Assembly (NCBI GenBank): GCA_041605955.1
Contig: JBFIXI010000002.1
Span: 19,525 to 83,524 of the forward strand
Direction of reading: 5' to 3'
From: Acidimicrobiia bacterium
GTDB lineage: Bacteria; Actinomycetota; Acidimicrobiia; Spongiisociales; UBA5794
DNA: 64,000 nt
How positions within the stretch are numbered: position 1 is the stretch's first letter; each line of letters begins with the position of its first letter. The notes beneath the pieces were generated by a model. It was not told the DNA's origin, searched no databases, and was given only the letters and a program-made list of their open reading frames with translations. Shown here one piece after another: positions 27,216-37,209 of the stretch. The translations under genes were made by a program, and so were the position numbers.

Positions 27216-27839
27216 ATGCGGCCGAACGTAGAAAGGATGTATGTGGCCGAGAACGCGCCGCCCGGCTGGTACCAAGCCGCGACCGACCCGCCAGGCACCG
27301 AGCGCTACTGGGATGGCAACCAGTGGTCTGCCGACACACGACCGGCGGCCACGTCGCCTGCTGCGCCGCCGGAGGTCGCCACCGGCGATCGGGTCACTCC
27401 TCACGGACGCCAGATCGCCTCGGCCGGATCGCGTATCGGGGCACGGCTCATCGACGTCCTCATCATCGTCCTGATATCGGCGCCGCTCGTATTTCCCAAC
27501 ATGACGATCGAGAACGGTGTCGTCACCTACGAGAACTTTGCGATCCAATGGCTCGTGGCTGCCATTGGTGCGGCCTACGAGATCTTGTTCACCGCGTTGC
27601 GTAGCGCCACCCCCGGAAAGATGCTCGTCGGCATCGAGATAGTGCGTAAGTCCGATGGCCACGTCCCCATCGGCTTTGGCACCGCGGCGCTGCGATGGTC
27701 CCCCAACCTCTTGAACTACGTGGCCACCGGGTTGGGGGGAGTAGTCGTCCTGCTGTCGCTGATCCTCTTGTTTGCCGATCGGATGCGGCGAACGGTATTC
27801 GACTTCGTCGGGCAGACGTTCGTGGTCAGCAAACGCTGA
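27216..27839 (+). CDS. RDD-family membrane protein with an N-terminal DUF2510-like 'GWY...P.GTERYWDG..W' segment
   Basis: R..D..D pattern (RLIDVLI...) and 3 TM helices. Likely start at the internal Met at about 27237. Confidence 0.6.
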   Translation: MRPNVERMYVAENAPPGWYQAATDPPGTERYWDGNQWSADTRPAATSPAAPPEVATGDRVTPHGRQIASAGSRIGARLIDVLIIVLISAPLVFPNMTIENGVVTYENFAIQWLVAAIGAAYEILFTALRSATPGKMLVGIEIVRKSDGHVPIGFGTAALRWSPNLLNYVATGLGGVVVLLSLILLFADRMRRTVFDFVGQTFVVSKR

Positions 27840-27845
27840 CGGGCG

Positions 27846-28502
27846 ATGGCACGTCGCCGCCGTCCTCGGCCAAGGGGCTGGTACGAGAAGCAGGGTGATC
27901 CGCCGGGCACGGAGCGGTTCTGGGATGGGGAGAAGTGGGGCCCCAATCCGCGCTACAAGCGGGGCGCTGCCCCGCCGCCGGCACGGGTGGACGAGCCGGC
28001 CCTCGCCGCGGCCGAGCCGACGCAGAGCACGGTTTGGGCTCGCATCAGCGCCAGGTCGGTAGACACCCTGGTTCTGCTCTTCCCGTGGTACTGGCTCTTC
28101 ACCAGGGCGTTCACCACGGAGGTGGGGGCCGGCGGCGAGGCCGTCACCACAACTCACGCTCTCTACCTGTGGCTGGCCGCCGCCATGGTCATCGCCTTCG
28201 ACGTGGGGTTCACCGCAACCTGGGGGGCGACTCCCGGGAAACGCCTGGTCGGTTTGATGATCGTCGATCGCGACGAACGCAAGAGCCCTCCCGGGTGGGG
28301 CCGATCGATCTTGCGGGCCACCCCGTTGCTGTTGGTGGTGGCGGTGTTGTTGCTGCCCTTGCTGTGGTTGGCCTGCGTGGTCTTCATGTTCGTCGACAAG
28401 AAGCAACGCTCGCTCTTCGACTTGTCAGGTGCAACGTTGGTCGTGATCGATCCGCGTCGCTCCGACCGTCTGGCCCGGCCGCGGAAGCCCAAGGCGACGT
28501 AG
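27846..28502 (+). CDS. RDD-family membrane protein, paralogue of the preceding gene (DUF2510-like N-terminus)
   Basis: Same architecture ('GWYEKQGDPPGTERFWDGEKW', RDD core 'TPGKRLVGLMIV'). Confidence 0.6.
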   Translation: MARRRRPRPRGWYEKQGDPPGTERFWDGEKWGPNPRYKRGAAPPPARVDEPALAAAEPTQSTVWARISARSVDTLVLLFPWYWLFTRAFTTEVGAGGEAVTTTHALYLWLAAAMVIAFDVGFTATWGATPGKRLVGLMIVDRDERKSPPGWGRSILRATPLLLVVAVLLLPLLWLACVVFMFVDKKQRSLFDLSGATLVVIDPRRSDRLARPRKPKAT

Positions 28503-28515
28503 GTTCCGTTCATGG

Positions 28516-28575
28516 CCCAGCCGAGGTAAGCCCAGCCGAGGTAAGCCCAGCCGAGGTAAGCTCAGCCGAGGTAGC
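28516..28575. repeat. 15-bp tandem repeat CCCAGCCGAGGTAAG, 3 perfect copies plus 1 degenerate, abutting the dnaE2 LexA box
   Basis: Read directly in the sequence. Confidence 0.8.
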
Positions 28576-28577
28576 AA

Positions 28578-28593
28578 TCGAACATATGTTCGA
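28578..28593 (+). promoter_or_regulatory. LexA box TCGAACATATGTTCGA upstream of dnaE2
   Basis: Perfect TCGAAC-N4-GTTCGA palindrome. The surrounding 20 nt (CAATCGAACATATGTTCGAT) are identical to the imuA' site. A TAAGCT -10-like hexamer ends about 8 nt before the dnaE2 ATG, so the transcript would be leaderless or nearly so. Confidence 0.7.
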
Positions 28594-28610
28594 TGTAAGC
28601 TGGCTGGTCC

Positions 28611-31600
28611 ATGACGTCAGCTGCCCGCCACAACGCCAATGCAGCGTTCATCGAAACTGGGCCCCACAATGCAGGGCCCCTAAACGCAGGGGTCCGATAT
28701 GCAGAGCTCCATTGCCACACCAACTACAGCTTTCTCGATGGAGCCTCCCATCCTTTCGAGCTGGTAGCTAGAGCCGCCGAGTTGGGTTATACCGCGCTCG
28801 GCGTCGTAGATCACGATGGCTTCCGTGGCGCCGCCAAGGTTCATCAAGCCGCTGGCCACGTGGGGATGGCTGTGGTCTATGGAACCGAAGTAGGAATGCC
28901 GCCCGATTTCGTCGAAGTCTCGCCATCCCCAGCAGTCGCCGAGCCGGTAGCTCCGTTGTCTCCGCCTTCGCGACGTGGCCGGATTCGTCGCATGCACGGG
29001 TCGAAGCCGGCGACCAAGGCGACCTCTGATCATCTCGTGCTCCTGGCGCCGGATCCGGCCGGATATGCCGCCATCAGCGATTTCGTCACCAAGGGGCAGA
29101 TGCGGGGAGCCAAAGATGCTCCGCGCTACAGCTATGCCGAGCTGGAGACGGCTGCCCGAATTGGCAATCTGGTGGCGCTCACCGGTTGCTGGCAAGGGGC
29201 AGTTCCTCGGGCCGCCCAAGCAGGCGATTTCGACGCCGCGCTGCAGGCGGCCGCTCGACTGCGCAACATCTTCGGCAGTCGTCTCTACGTCGAGCTATGG
29301 CACCACGCCATGCCGGAAGACGATGCTCGCAATGACATCCTCGCCGAAGTGGCGCATCGCCTCGGTTTGGAGACTGTGGCGACCAACAACGTCCACTACG
29401 TCGACCGCTCCCAAGCTGATCTATCCGAGGTACTCGCCGCTATCGGAGGTCGTCGCAACCTGGACTTGGCCGACGGCTTCCGCCCCGCCACCGATGAGCG
29501 TTACTTACGCAGCGCAAGGGAGATGGCGGCGCGTTTTGCCCGTTATCCGGGTGCCGTCGAACGGGCTGCTGAGTTGGGGGCAGAGCTGGCGTTCGATCTC
29601 CAGCTGCTGGCGCCTGAGCTGCCCGACTTCCCGATGCCGGGAGCTTTCACGACCGAAGACGAGTACCTCCGTCAGCTCGTGCTCGACGGGGCTCGCCGGG
29701 TATATCCCGGTGATGGCCCCGGCGGCATCGAGCGGCATGCGCTGGATCGGATCAATCACGAGCTGGAAGTCATCGAAGAGCTCGGCTTCGCCGGCTTCTT
29801 CCTGGTGGCCTGGGACATCGTCCAGTTCGCCCGCAGCCGCAACATCTACTGTCAGATACGCGGCTCGGGAGCAGATTCCGCCATCTGCCGCTGCATCGGG
29901 CTCACTCGCGTCGATCCCATCCGGCTCCAGCTTCCGTTCGAGCGGTTCCTCTCGTCCGAGCGGGGTCGACCGCCCGACATAGACATCGATTTCGAGGCGG
30001 AGCGCCGCGAGGAGGTCATTCAGTACTGCTACAGCCGATACGGCCGAGAGCGAGCCGCCATGGTGGCCAACGTCATCACCTACCGGGCTCGCTCGGTGCT
30101 CCAGGACGTGGGCAAGGCTTTCGGGCTCACCCAGGCGCAGGTCAACGCTCTCACCAAGTATCTCGACAGCCGCAGCCCCCGCCATCTACGGGAAGAGCTC
30201 AACCTCCCGGCGGGACTGACGAGTGAGCTGATCTACGACGTGTGCTGGCGCCTCGACGGCTTCCCGCGCCACCTCGGCATCCACTCCGGGGGGATGGTCG
30301 TGGCCAAGCGGCCGCTGTGGGAGGTGGTGCCGATCGAGTGGGGCCGGATGGAGGACCGTACCGTGTTGCAGTGGGACAAGGACGATTGTGCCGTCATGGG
30401 CATCGTCAAGTTCGATCTGCTGGCTCTGGGGGCGATGAATGGTCTCCACTTGACGGTCGATGCCATTCGCGAGGCTCACGGCGTCGACATCGATCTGGCA
30501 ACGATTCCGCAAGAGCCGGTGATCTACGACATGCTGACCCGAGCGGACACCGTAGGCATCTTCCAGGTCGAATCGCGCGCCCAGATGGCAACGCTGCCCC
30601 GGATGAAGCCGAAGACCTTCTACGACTTGGCGGTCGAGGTGGCGTTGATCCGTCCCGGCCCCATTCAGGGCCACTCCGTGCATCCGTACCTACGGCGGCG
30701 TAACGGAGAGGAGCCGGTGCGCTATCCCCACCCCCTTGCCGAGCCGATCTTGAAGAAGACGTTGGGCGTGCCCGTCTTCCAGGAGCAGTTGATGGAGCTG
30801 GCGCGGCTGTGTGCCGGTTTCAGCTCGGGGCAGTCTGATCGGCTACGCCAAGCGATGACACACAAACGTTCCGACGAGGCGATGGCCGAGCTCCGCGACG
30901 AGGTCTATGCCGGGATGGCGCGCAACGGGGTGACCGGCAGTGCCGCGGACGAGATCTGGGAGAAGCTGCAGGGGTTCGCCTCGTTCGGCTTTCCAGAGTC
31001 GCACTCGGTGTCGTTCGCCTACATCGTCTATGCCGCCTCGTGGTTGCGCTACCACTGGCCGGCCGAGTTCCTGATGGGCCTACTCAATGCCCAGCCGATG
31101 GGCTTCTATTCACCGCACACTCTCGTCCAAGACGGCATTCACCATGGGGTGATCGTGCTGCCTCCCGATGTCAACCACTCCCAATTCGACTGCACCATCG
31201 AGCATGTTCGGGCCGATCCGAACGACATTGCTGAGTATCTCGGACTTAGGTGGCGGCGGGGGAGGGGCGCCATCGACGATCCGGTGCGCGCCGCCGTTGC
31301 AGTGCGCATCGGATTGCGCTACGTGCGCAACCTCGGGGATGCCGAGATCACTCGTATCGAGGCCGCCCGTCGTGTCGCCGGGCCGTTCACCAGTCCCGAG
31401 GATCTGGCGCAGCGCACCGGTCTGCCGCTCGACGCACTCGAGGGATTGGCAGCGTCCGGTGCGCTGCAATCGCTCGACTTGGAGCGTCGGGAGGGGATCT
31501 GGGCTGCTGGAGCCCTCGCTGAGCTCGGTCCCGATCGGCTGGCGCTCGCGCCAGGAGCCCGCCCGCCCGAGCTGGCCGAGATGGATCGCTACGAGCGGGT

Positions 31601-31991
31601 GAAGGCAGACTTGTGGTCGACGTCGCTCTCTGTGACGCATCCAGTCTCGTTCATCCGCAACGAGCTGACCGCGGTGGGATGTCTGACGATTCAACAAGCC
31701 CTCGAGCTGCGTAAGCACGGCACCAAAGCGCGCGTCGGTGGATTGGTGACTCACAGACAACGTCCCGGCACGGCCAACGGGGTGCGGTTCCTCAACCTCG
31801 AGGACGAGACGGGCCTGCTCAACGTCGTCGTGCTTCCCCCGGTATGGGACGCCAACTATGAGATTGCTCGCAAGTCGATCGGAGTAGTCATCGAAGGGGT
31901 CCTCGAATACCGCGACGGGGTCACCAACTTGGTCTCGCATCGGTTCGAGGATTGGCCGGTACTGGCGGTGAAGTCCCGGGACTTCCGCTAG
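28611..31991 (+). CDS. dnaE2: Error-prone DNA polymerase III alpha-like subunit DnaE2 (ImuC)
   Basis: PHP domain 'YAELHCHTNYSFLDGAS', a pol III alpha core, and a C-terminal OB fold. About 1100 aa. LexA box upstream, with imuA'/imuB in the window. Confidence 0.8.
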   Translation: MTSAARHNANAAFIETGPHNAGPLNAGVRYAELHCHTNYSFLDGASHPFELVARAAELGYTALGVVDHDGFRGAAKVHQAAGHVGMAVVYGTEVGMPPDFVEVSPSPAVAEPVAPLSPPSRRGRIRRMHGSKPATKATSDHLVLLAPDPAGYAAISDFVTKGQMRGAKDAPRYSYAELETAARIGNLVALTGCWQGAVPRAAQAGDFDAALQAAARLRNIFGSRLYVELWHHAMPEDDARNDILAEVAHRLGLETVATNNVHYVDRSQADLSEVLAAIGGRRNLDLADGFRPATDERYLRSAREMAARFARYPGAVERAAELGAELAFDLQLLAPELPDFPMPGAFTTEDEYLRQLVLDGARRVYPGDGPGGIERHALDRINHELEVIEELGFAGFFLVAWDIVQFARSRNIYCQIRGSGADSAICRCIGLTRVDPIRLQLPFERFLSSERGRPPDIDIDFEAERREEVIQYCYSRYGRERAAMVANVITYRARSVLQDVGKAFGLTQAQVNALTKYLDSRSPRHLREELNLPAGLTSELIYDVCWRLDGFPRHLGIHSGGMVVAKRPLWEVVPIEWGRMEDRTVLQWDKDDCAVMGIVKFDLLALGAMNGLHLTVDAIREAHGVDIDLATIPQEPVIYDMLTRADTVGIFQVESRAQMATLPRMKPKTFYDLAVEVALIRPGPIQGHSVHPYLRRRNGEEPVRYPHPLAEPILKKTLGVPVFQEQLMELARLCAGFSSGQSDRLRQAMTHKRSDEAMAELRDEVYAGMARNGVTGSAADEIWEKLQGFASFGFPESHSVSFAYIVYAASWLRYHWPAEFLMGLLNAQPMGFYSPHTLVQDGIHHGVIVLPPDVNHSQFDCTIEHVRADPNDIAEYLGLRWRRGRGAIDDPVRAAVAVRIGLRYVRNLGDAEITRIEAARRVAGPFTSPEDLAQRTGLPLDALEGLAASGALQSLDLERREGIWAAGALAELGPDRLALAPGARPPELAEMDRYERVKADLWSTSLSVTHPVSFIRNELTAVGCLTIQQALELRKHGTKARVGGLVTHRQRPGTANGVRFLNLEDETGLLNVVVLPPVWDANYEIARKSIGVVIEGVLEYRDGVTNLVSHRFEDWPVLAVKSRDFR

Positions 31992-32082
31992 ATCCCGACG
32001 GTCCGTCGGCTCGGCAACGAGGGGCAGTTGGTCCCTAGGTCGATCGAGGCTGGAGGGCATAGCATGGGGGCAGGCCATTGGG

Positions 32083-32946
32083 ATGGGCCGTGCCGATACC
32101 GCTAAGGAGCGCGAAGCGATGAACGATCAGATGCCGATCTTGGTGCCGGTTGACGATGCAAGCGATCTACGGGCAGTTGATTTCGCCGTTCAGCTGGCAT
32201 CCATCCTCGGGATCGAGGTGCGGGCCTTCTCCGTCGTCTCGACGCCCGCCATGGCCGGCGATCGGCAGACTGCCGTCGCGCGCGCAATCGGTGAGCGGGC
32301 CGTCCCAATCGAAGTGCGGGTTGTCATCGGGGATGCCGTGGATACTGCCATCGTCGAAGCTGCCGCCGCCGCGTCCACCGTCTGCATGACCACGGCCGCC
32401 ACCCTGCTGCCTCACGAGGGCCACTTCGGCTCCATTGCAGAATCGGTGGTGCGATCCATCGGTCGTCCGGTCGTCCTGTTGGGCCCCAAAGCGAGCGGAC
32501 ATTTGGAGATCGAAGGGGCGCGGCTCGTCATTCCCATCGACGGCTCGGTTGCCGGGGAGTACGTCATCGACGGCGCCACCCGCCTGGCCGTGGCACTGGG
32601 TGCCGAGGTGTGGGTCGTGACGGTTGTCACCCCCCATCAGGTTCGCCAAGCCGAGGCGGTGTCCGGGGTCGATTTCGGCGCGATCGAGTCCGGCTACGTG
32701 CGGCGGGTAGCCAAGGCGATCAGTGACGAGATGGGCACCCAGGCGCAGTTCGAAGTCCTGCACGGTAGCGATCCGGCCGCGGCGATACTCGACTTCCTCG
32801 AGCCCGGCGGTCTGGTCGCGATGAGTACGCACGGTCGAACCGGATTGGCCCGGATCTTCGCCGGCTCGGTGACTACTCACGTGGTTGCCGGATCCCATCA
32901 GCCGGTGATGGTGGTGCGACCGCCCGACCACGTCCTGACCGAGTAG
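32083..32946 (+). CDS. Universal stress protein with tandem UspA domains
   Basis: Two USP repeats ('ILVPVDDS...', 'LVIPIDGS...GSV'). The start is probably the internal Met at about 32119. Confidence 0.6.
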   Translation: MGRADTAKEREAMNDQMPILVPVDDASDLRAVDFAVQLASILGIEVRAFSVVSTPAMAGDRQTAVARAIGERAVPIEVRVVIGDAVDTAIVEAAAAASTVCMTTAATLLPHEGHFGSIAESVVRSIGRPVVLLGPKASGHLEIEGARLVIPIDGSVAGEYVIDGATRLAVALGAEVWVVTVVTPHQVRQAEAVSGVDFGAIESGYVRRVAKAISDEMGTQAQFEVLHGSDPAAAILDFLEPGGLVAMSTHGRTGLARIFAGSVTTHVVAGSHQPVMVVRPPDHVLTE

Positions 32947-32950
32947 CTCA

Positions 32951-34489
32951 CTACGGGCGAAGCGCTCGCCGCATGATCTTGCCGGTGCTGGTACGCGGCA
33001 GCTCGCTCACGAAGTCGACCCGGCGCGGCACCTCGTGGGCGGCCAGCCGTTGCCGGACATGCTCCTGCAGCTCGCGGGCCAACGCGTCGCCGGCGCGCCC
33101 CGGCTCGCGGAGCACGACGAAGGCCGCCGGTATCTCCCCGCGGATGTCGTCGGGGACTCCGACCACGGCACACATGGCGACCGCCGGATGCTGCAACAGC
33201 GACTCTTCGATCTCGCCCGGGCCGATGCGATACCCCATCGAGAGGATGACGTCGTCCTTGCGGCTGCGAAACCACAGGTAGCCGTCGCGGTCCTCGACAC
33301 CGAGATCGCCGGTGAGCAGCCAGTCGCCCCGATACTTGGCGGCCGTCGCCTCGGGGCGCTGCCAGTACTCCAGCATCATGACCGGGTCTGGAGCGCGCAC
33401 ACAGATCTCGCCTACCTCGCCCACCAGGCGGTTCCCGACGTCGTCGAACACTGCCACCTCGTGGCCGGGCAGGGCTCGCCCCATCGAGCCGGGCCGAACC
33501 GGCCACACCGCCGCGCAGTTCCCGACCACGAGGTTGGCTTCAGTCTGCCCATAACCCTCATTGATGCGGCAACCCAGCGCGGATTGGGACCAGGCGAGCA
33601 CCTCCTCGCCGAGGGCCTCACCGCCGGTGAAGATGGCTCGCAGCGCTAGATCATTGCTGCCGACCCCGGCGGCGCGCATCATCTTGAGCGCCGTCGGTGG
33701 CAGAAACGCCAGGGTGACCCGCTGAGTGGCGATCAGATCGACGGCCGACTGCGGATCGAAGTCATTCTCCGCCGTGAGGACCGGCATGCCGAAATACCAG
33801 GCCGGAATCAAGACGTCCATCAGGCCACCGATCCAGGCCCAGTCGGCCGGTGTCCATATCACGTCGTCGGGCTGCGGGGGGAACTCGTAGTAGGCCTCGA
33901 AGCCGGGCAGATGGCCAAACAACGAACGATGCGCATGTAGGGCGCCTTTGGGCGGTCCGGTGGTTCCCGACGTGTAGATCAGGTAGGCCGGGTCTTCGGC
34001 CGCCGTGGCGACCGGCGCCGGTAGCGGCTCGGACGCAGCGAGGCAGGCGAATTCTTCACCGATCGCAACGATCGGTACCTGGGATGCCTCCCGGACCTTG
34101 GTGACATTGTCGGGACTGACTATGGCCAACTTGGCGCCGGAGTCCTCGAGTCGGTAGGCGAGGGCATCCGGCCCGAACACCGAGGCCACCGGCAGCGACA
34201 CTGCCCCCAGCTTCCACGCCGCCAGGTGAGCGATCCCGGTCTCCAGCGCTTGTGGCGCCACGACGGCAACCCGGTCACCGCGGCCGACACCCCGAGCCCG
34301 CATTCCTGCGGCCACCCGGCTCGACATCTCGGCTATCTCGCCGAACGTGTGAAATCGCTCCTCCCCAGACGCGGTGACGGCGATGAGGGCGACCCGGCTG
34401 GGGGGATGCACGTCGCTGCACGCCCGGCCCATGTTGAAGCGCGTTGGGATGGACCATTTGAACCGCTCTCGCAGAGACTGATAGGTCAT
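32951..34489 (-). CDS. AMP-forming acyl-CoA synthetase/ligase
   Basis: AMP-binding motif 'YTSGTTGPPKG' and the acyl-CoA synthetase core. Start set at the internal Met (MTYQSLRERF...). The ORF track extends to 34792. Confidence 0.7.
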   Translation of the reverse strand: MTYQSLRERFKWSIPTRFNMGRACSDVHPPSRVALIAVTASGEERFHTFGEIAEMSSRVAAGMRARGVGRGDRVAVVAPQALETGIAHLAAWKLGAVSLPVASVFGPDALAYRLEDSGAKLAIVSPDNVTKVREASQVPIVAIGEEFACLAASEPLPAPVATAAEDPAYLIYTSGTTGPPKGALHAHRSLFGHLPGFEAYYEFPPQPDDVIWTPADWAWIGGLMDVLIPAWYFGMPVLTAENDFDPQSAVDLIATQRVTLAFLPPTALKMMRAAGVGSNDLALRAIFTGGEALGEEVLAWSQSALGCRINEGYGQTEANLVVGNCAAVWPVRPGSMGRALPGHEVAVFDDVGNRLVGEVGEICVRAPDPVMMLEYWQRPEATAAKYRGDWLLTGDLGVEDRDGYLWFRSRKDDVILSMGYRIGPGEIEESLLQHPAVAMCAVVGVPDDIRGEIPAAFVVLREPGRAGDALARELQEHVRQRLAAHEVPRRVDFVSELPRTSTGKIMRRALRP

Positions 34490-34596
34490 CGCCTCGTGGG
34501 GAATGAGCGTGCGGGGTATTCGCTCCGGCCGGGGAGTTGATGAGTGGGCCACTGTGTCGAGTCTACGAATCGCCGCGGTGCGCCTAGGCTGCGCCG

Positions 34597-35115
34597 ATGG
34601 CGAAGATGGTGCTGACGGTCTTCGGCGACGATCGGGCGGGTCTGGTCGACTCGCTCTCCGAAGTGATCGCCGATCATGGCGGAAGTTGGGACAAGAGCTA
34701 TATGGCGGAGCTGGCCGGGAAGTTCGCAGGCGTAGTCGCCGTGACCGCACCCGACACCAAGGTCGCCCGCCTGCTGGCCGGGCTCGAGCCACTGCGCGCC
34801 GGCGGGTTGGAGATAACCGTTCACGCCGTCGAGGAGGAAGCGGTCACCCAGCCCCATCGGGAGTTGAGCCTGCAAGTCTCGGGCCACGACCATCCCGGCA
34901 TCATTCACGACGTTTCACATGCGCTGGCCGAGCGCGGGATCAGCATCGCCGAATTGTCCACGGAGATTCGGGAGGCGCCGATGGGTGGCGGAACCCTCTT
35001 CGAGGCGCATGCCACCTTGCACGCCCCCGAGGAGCTGTCGCTGGCGGAGCTGCTGGCGGCTGCCGAAAAGCTGGAAGACGAGCTCGCCATTCACATCGAG
35101 CTGACCGCCGACTGA
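34597..35115 (+). CDS. ACT-domain regulatory protein (GcvR-like)
   Basis: Two ACT-like halves ('LTVFGDDRAGLVDSLSEVIADHGG', 'LQVSGHDHPGIIHDVSHALAERGISI'). Confidence 0.5.
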   Translation: MAKMVLTVFGDDRAGLVDSLSEVIADHGGSWDKSYMAELAGKFAGVVAVTAPDTKVARLLAGLEPLRAGGLEITVHAVEEEAVTQPHRELSLQVSGHDHPGIIHDVSHALAERGISIAELSTEIREAPMGGGTLFEAHATLHAPEELSLAELLAAAEKLEDELAIHIELTAD

Positions 35116-35117
35116 CG

Positions 35118-36227
35118 TCAGCCGCGGAAGGCCGCCTCGATTGATGAAAGGGCGGCGTCGATGTCGGCAGCCTCGATCCCCAGGTGGGTCACAGCACGGA
35201 CGCGGTGGCTACCCATCGGCAACATGACCACGCCCTGCTCTCGCAGCCGGCGACAGAAGGTGTCGGCGTCGATCGTCGACAGATCGAAGTAGACGATGTT
35301 GGTGGCTACCGCCGCCGGATCGAGATCGACGGTGGGCATCTCGGCGAGGCCGGCGGCCAAGCGAGCAGCATTCGCGTGGTCTTCGGGGAGCCGATCCCGG
35401 TGATGCGTCACCGCGTGGAGCGCAGCCGCCGCGATCACTCCTGCTTGGCGGAAGCCGCCGCCATACATCTGCTTGAAGCGACGGGCTCGGGATACGAGAT
35501 CGGTCGAGCCGACCAGGGCTGAGCCGATGGGGGCTCCCAACCCTTTGGAGAAACAGACGCTGATCGTGTCGAACGGCGCCGCATAGGCGGCTTCGGCGAT
35601 CCCGGAGGCGGCTGCCGCGTTCCACAACCGGGCGCCGTCGAGATGGCTGGCCGCTCCTCCCGCCTTGGCGGCCGCAACGACCGCTTCGAGCCGCGCCAGC
35701 GGCCAAATGGTGCCGCCGGCGGCGTTGTGAGTGTTTTCGCACTCCACCAGAGTCACCGGCGCAATGAGATGGTCCGGGATGCCCGTTGCCGGTTTCGGCA
35801 TCGCCGCCTCCACCTGGTGCGCCTCGAAGGTGCCGGCCTCGCCGGGAAGCTGCTGGACGGTCAGGCCGGCGAGCGCGTTGGCGGCCCCCATCTCATGAGT
35901 GTCGATGTGCGCCCCGGCGGCGGCCAGCACGACGTCGCCGGGCTGGGTATGGGTGCGCAGGGCGATCTGGTTGGACATAGTGCCCGACGGCACATAGACG
36001 GCGTCGTCCTTGCCGAGTACCGCGGCCACCGTGGTCTCGAGCTCGCGGACGGTGGGATCGTCTCGGAAGACGTCGTCGCCGACTTCGGCGGCGGCCATCG
36101 CCTTGCGCATGGCCTCGGTTGGCTGGGTCACGGTGTCGGAACGCAGATCGATCACGGCCGTCTCTCTGGGAATCGTCGGGCGCCCAAGATACCTAGCATC
36201 GAGCCAGCGTCGAAACGGGAGGGTCAT
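35118..36227 (-). CDS. ltaE: Low-specificity L-threonine aldolase (PLP-dependent)
   Basis: 'IDLRSDTVT' N-terminus, threonine-aldolase fold, and PLP lysine region '[14 protein letters not shown]'. The start is uncertain. The ORF track extends to 36302. Confidence 0.65.
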   Translation of the reverse strand: MTLPFRRWLDARYLGRPTIPRETAVIDLRSDTVTQPTEAMRKAMAAAEVGDDVFRDDPTVRELETTVAAVLGKDDAVYVPSGTMSNQIALRTHTQPGDVVLAAAGAHIDTHEMGAANALAGLTVQQLPGEAGTFEAHQVEAAMPKPATGIPDHLIAPVTLVECENTHNAAGGTIWPLARLEAVVAAAKAGGAASHLDGARLWNAAAASGIAEAAYAAPFDTISVCFSKGLGAPIGSALVGSTDLVSRARRFKQMYGGGFRQAGVIAAAALHAVTHHRDRLPEDHANAARLAAGLAEMPTVDLDPAAVATNIVYFDLSTIDADTFCRRLREQGVVMLPMGSHRVRAVTHLGIEAADIDAALSSIEAAFRG

Positions 36228-36723
36228 GACTACGAAATCCGACGAGCTGTTGGTCGAGATGAAAGAGAAGCGGGCTGCGGTCCGCGAGCTGTTGGCCCGC
36301 ACCCCAGACGACTACGCCGAGGTCCGCGAGCTGTGGAAGGCCCACTCGCTCGCCGAAGATGCTCGTGACATCGCCGGCTTGATGGCGACGTTGACCGACG
36401 ATTGTGTCTACGAGCTGGTGCAGACCGGTCACCGCTGGGAGGGCCACTCCGGGGCGACCCAGTTCTATATGGGGTTGCTGGGAGCGTTCCCCGACATCGA
36501 CTTCAACCTGACGCACATCGTCATCGGCCCCCAAGGGGTCTGTGAGGAGGCGGTGGCCACCGGCACCCATCAAGCGGAATGGATCGGTTGGCAGCCCAGC
36601 GGGGAGCGAGTGACCTTCCGGGTAGTGATCTTTTTCCCGTGGGATGCGGATCGCAAGCTATTCACCGGGGAGCGGGTCTACACGTTCTTTCCGGACGAAA
36701 CGCCCCTAGCCGCGGCCGACTAG
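36226..36723 (+). CDS. SnoaL-like/NTF2-fold protein (ester-cyclase-like)
   Basis: About 165 aa with a polyketide-cyclase SnoaL-like pattern ('[23 protein letters not shown]'). The ORF track start at 36010 is an artefact overlapping ltaE. I chose the internal Met. Confidence 0.45.
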   Translation: MTTKSDELLVEMKEKRAAVRELLARTPDDYAEVRELWKAHSLAEDARDIAGLMATLTDDCVYELVQTGHRWEGHSGATQFYMGLLGAFPDIDFNLTHIVIGPQGVCEEAVATGTHQAEWIGWQPSGERVTFRVVIFFPWDADRKLFTGERVYTFFPDETPLAAAD

Positions 36724-37209
36724 CCGGCCTACCGACCTCGGCTGCAGGAGGAAGACCAGCTCGCCGCGGGCGTGCAGCGCATCCGCCCAGTCCCGGATGT
36801 ACAGCTCGATGCCGGCAATGGTTGCCGTCTTCATGGCGACCGCCCCGCCGGTTACGTGAGCCACCAGGGATCCCCACGCCGGCTGGTGGCCGACGAGCAT
36901 CACCGCCTGTGCTGCGGGATCTACGTCCAGTAGCACTTCGAGCGCGCCGGTTGCCGACGTGCCGTAGAGCTCCTCTCGGTATTGAATTGGTGTCTCCCAA
37001 GATCCGGCGGCGGCAGCCAGCTGGGCCGTGGTAGCGGCCCGACGCGCCGTCGAGGAGATCACCAAATCGGGTACCTGTCCCATGCCGGCAAGGACCTTGC
37101 CCATCGCAGCTGCGGCGGCACTGCCCCGTGCATTGAGAGGTCGGTCATGGTCGGGACGCCCCGTCGACCAGTCCGACTTGCCGTGGCGCATTATGAGGAG
37201 GCGCTTCAC
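36706..37209 (-). CDS. Histidine-phosphatase-family protein (SixA-like phosphohistidine phosphatase)
   Basis: 'LLIMRHGKS' catalytic RHG motif plus the histidine-phosphatase fold. Confidence 0.6.
   Translation of the reverse strand: MKRLLIMRHGKSDWSTGRPDHDRPLNARGSAAAAAMGKVLAGMGQVPDLVISSTARRAATTAQLAAAAGSWETPIQYREELYGTSATGALEVLLDVDPAAQAVMLVGHQPAWGSLVAHVTGGAVAMKTATIAGIELYIRDWADALHARGELVFLLQPRSVGRLVGRG

Noticed and set aside
27186-28406. 406-aa minus-strand ORF with a His/Gln-rich low-complexity N-terminus (QQQHRHHQQQ)
   Set aside because: It is antisense to the two RDD genes, which have clear family signatures and TM helices. The low-complexity, Arg-rich translation is typical of a shadow ORF
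28516-28575. Possibility that the short tandem repeats (here, at 43898 and at 58723) form a CRISPR array
   Set aside because: The units are 13-15 bp with no spacers, at most 4 copies, and there are no cas genes in the window
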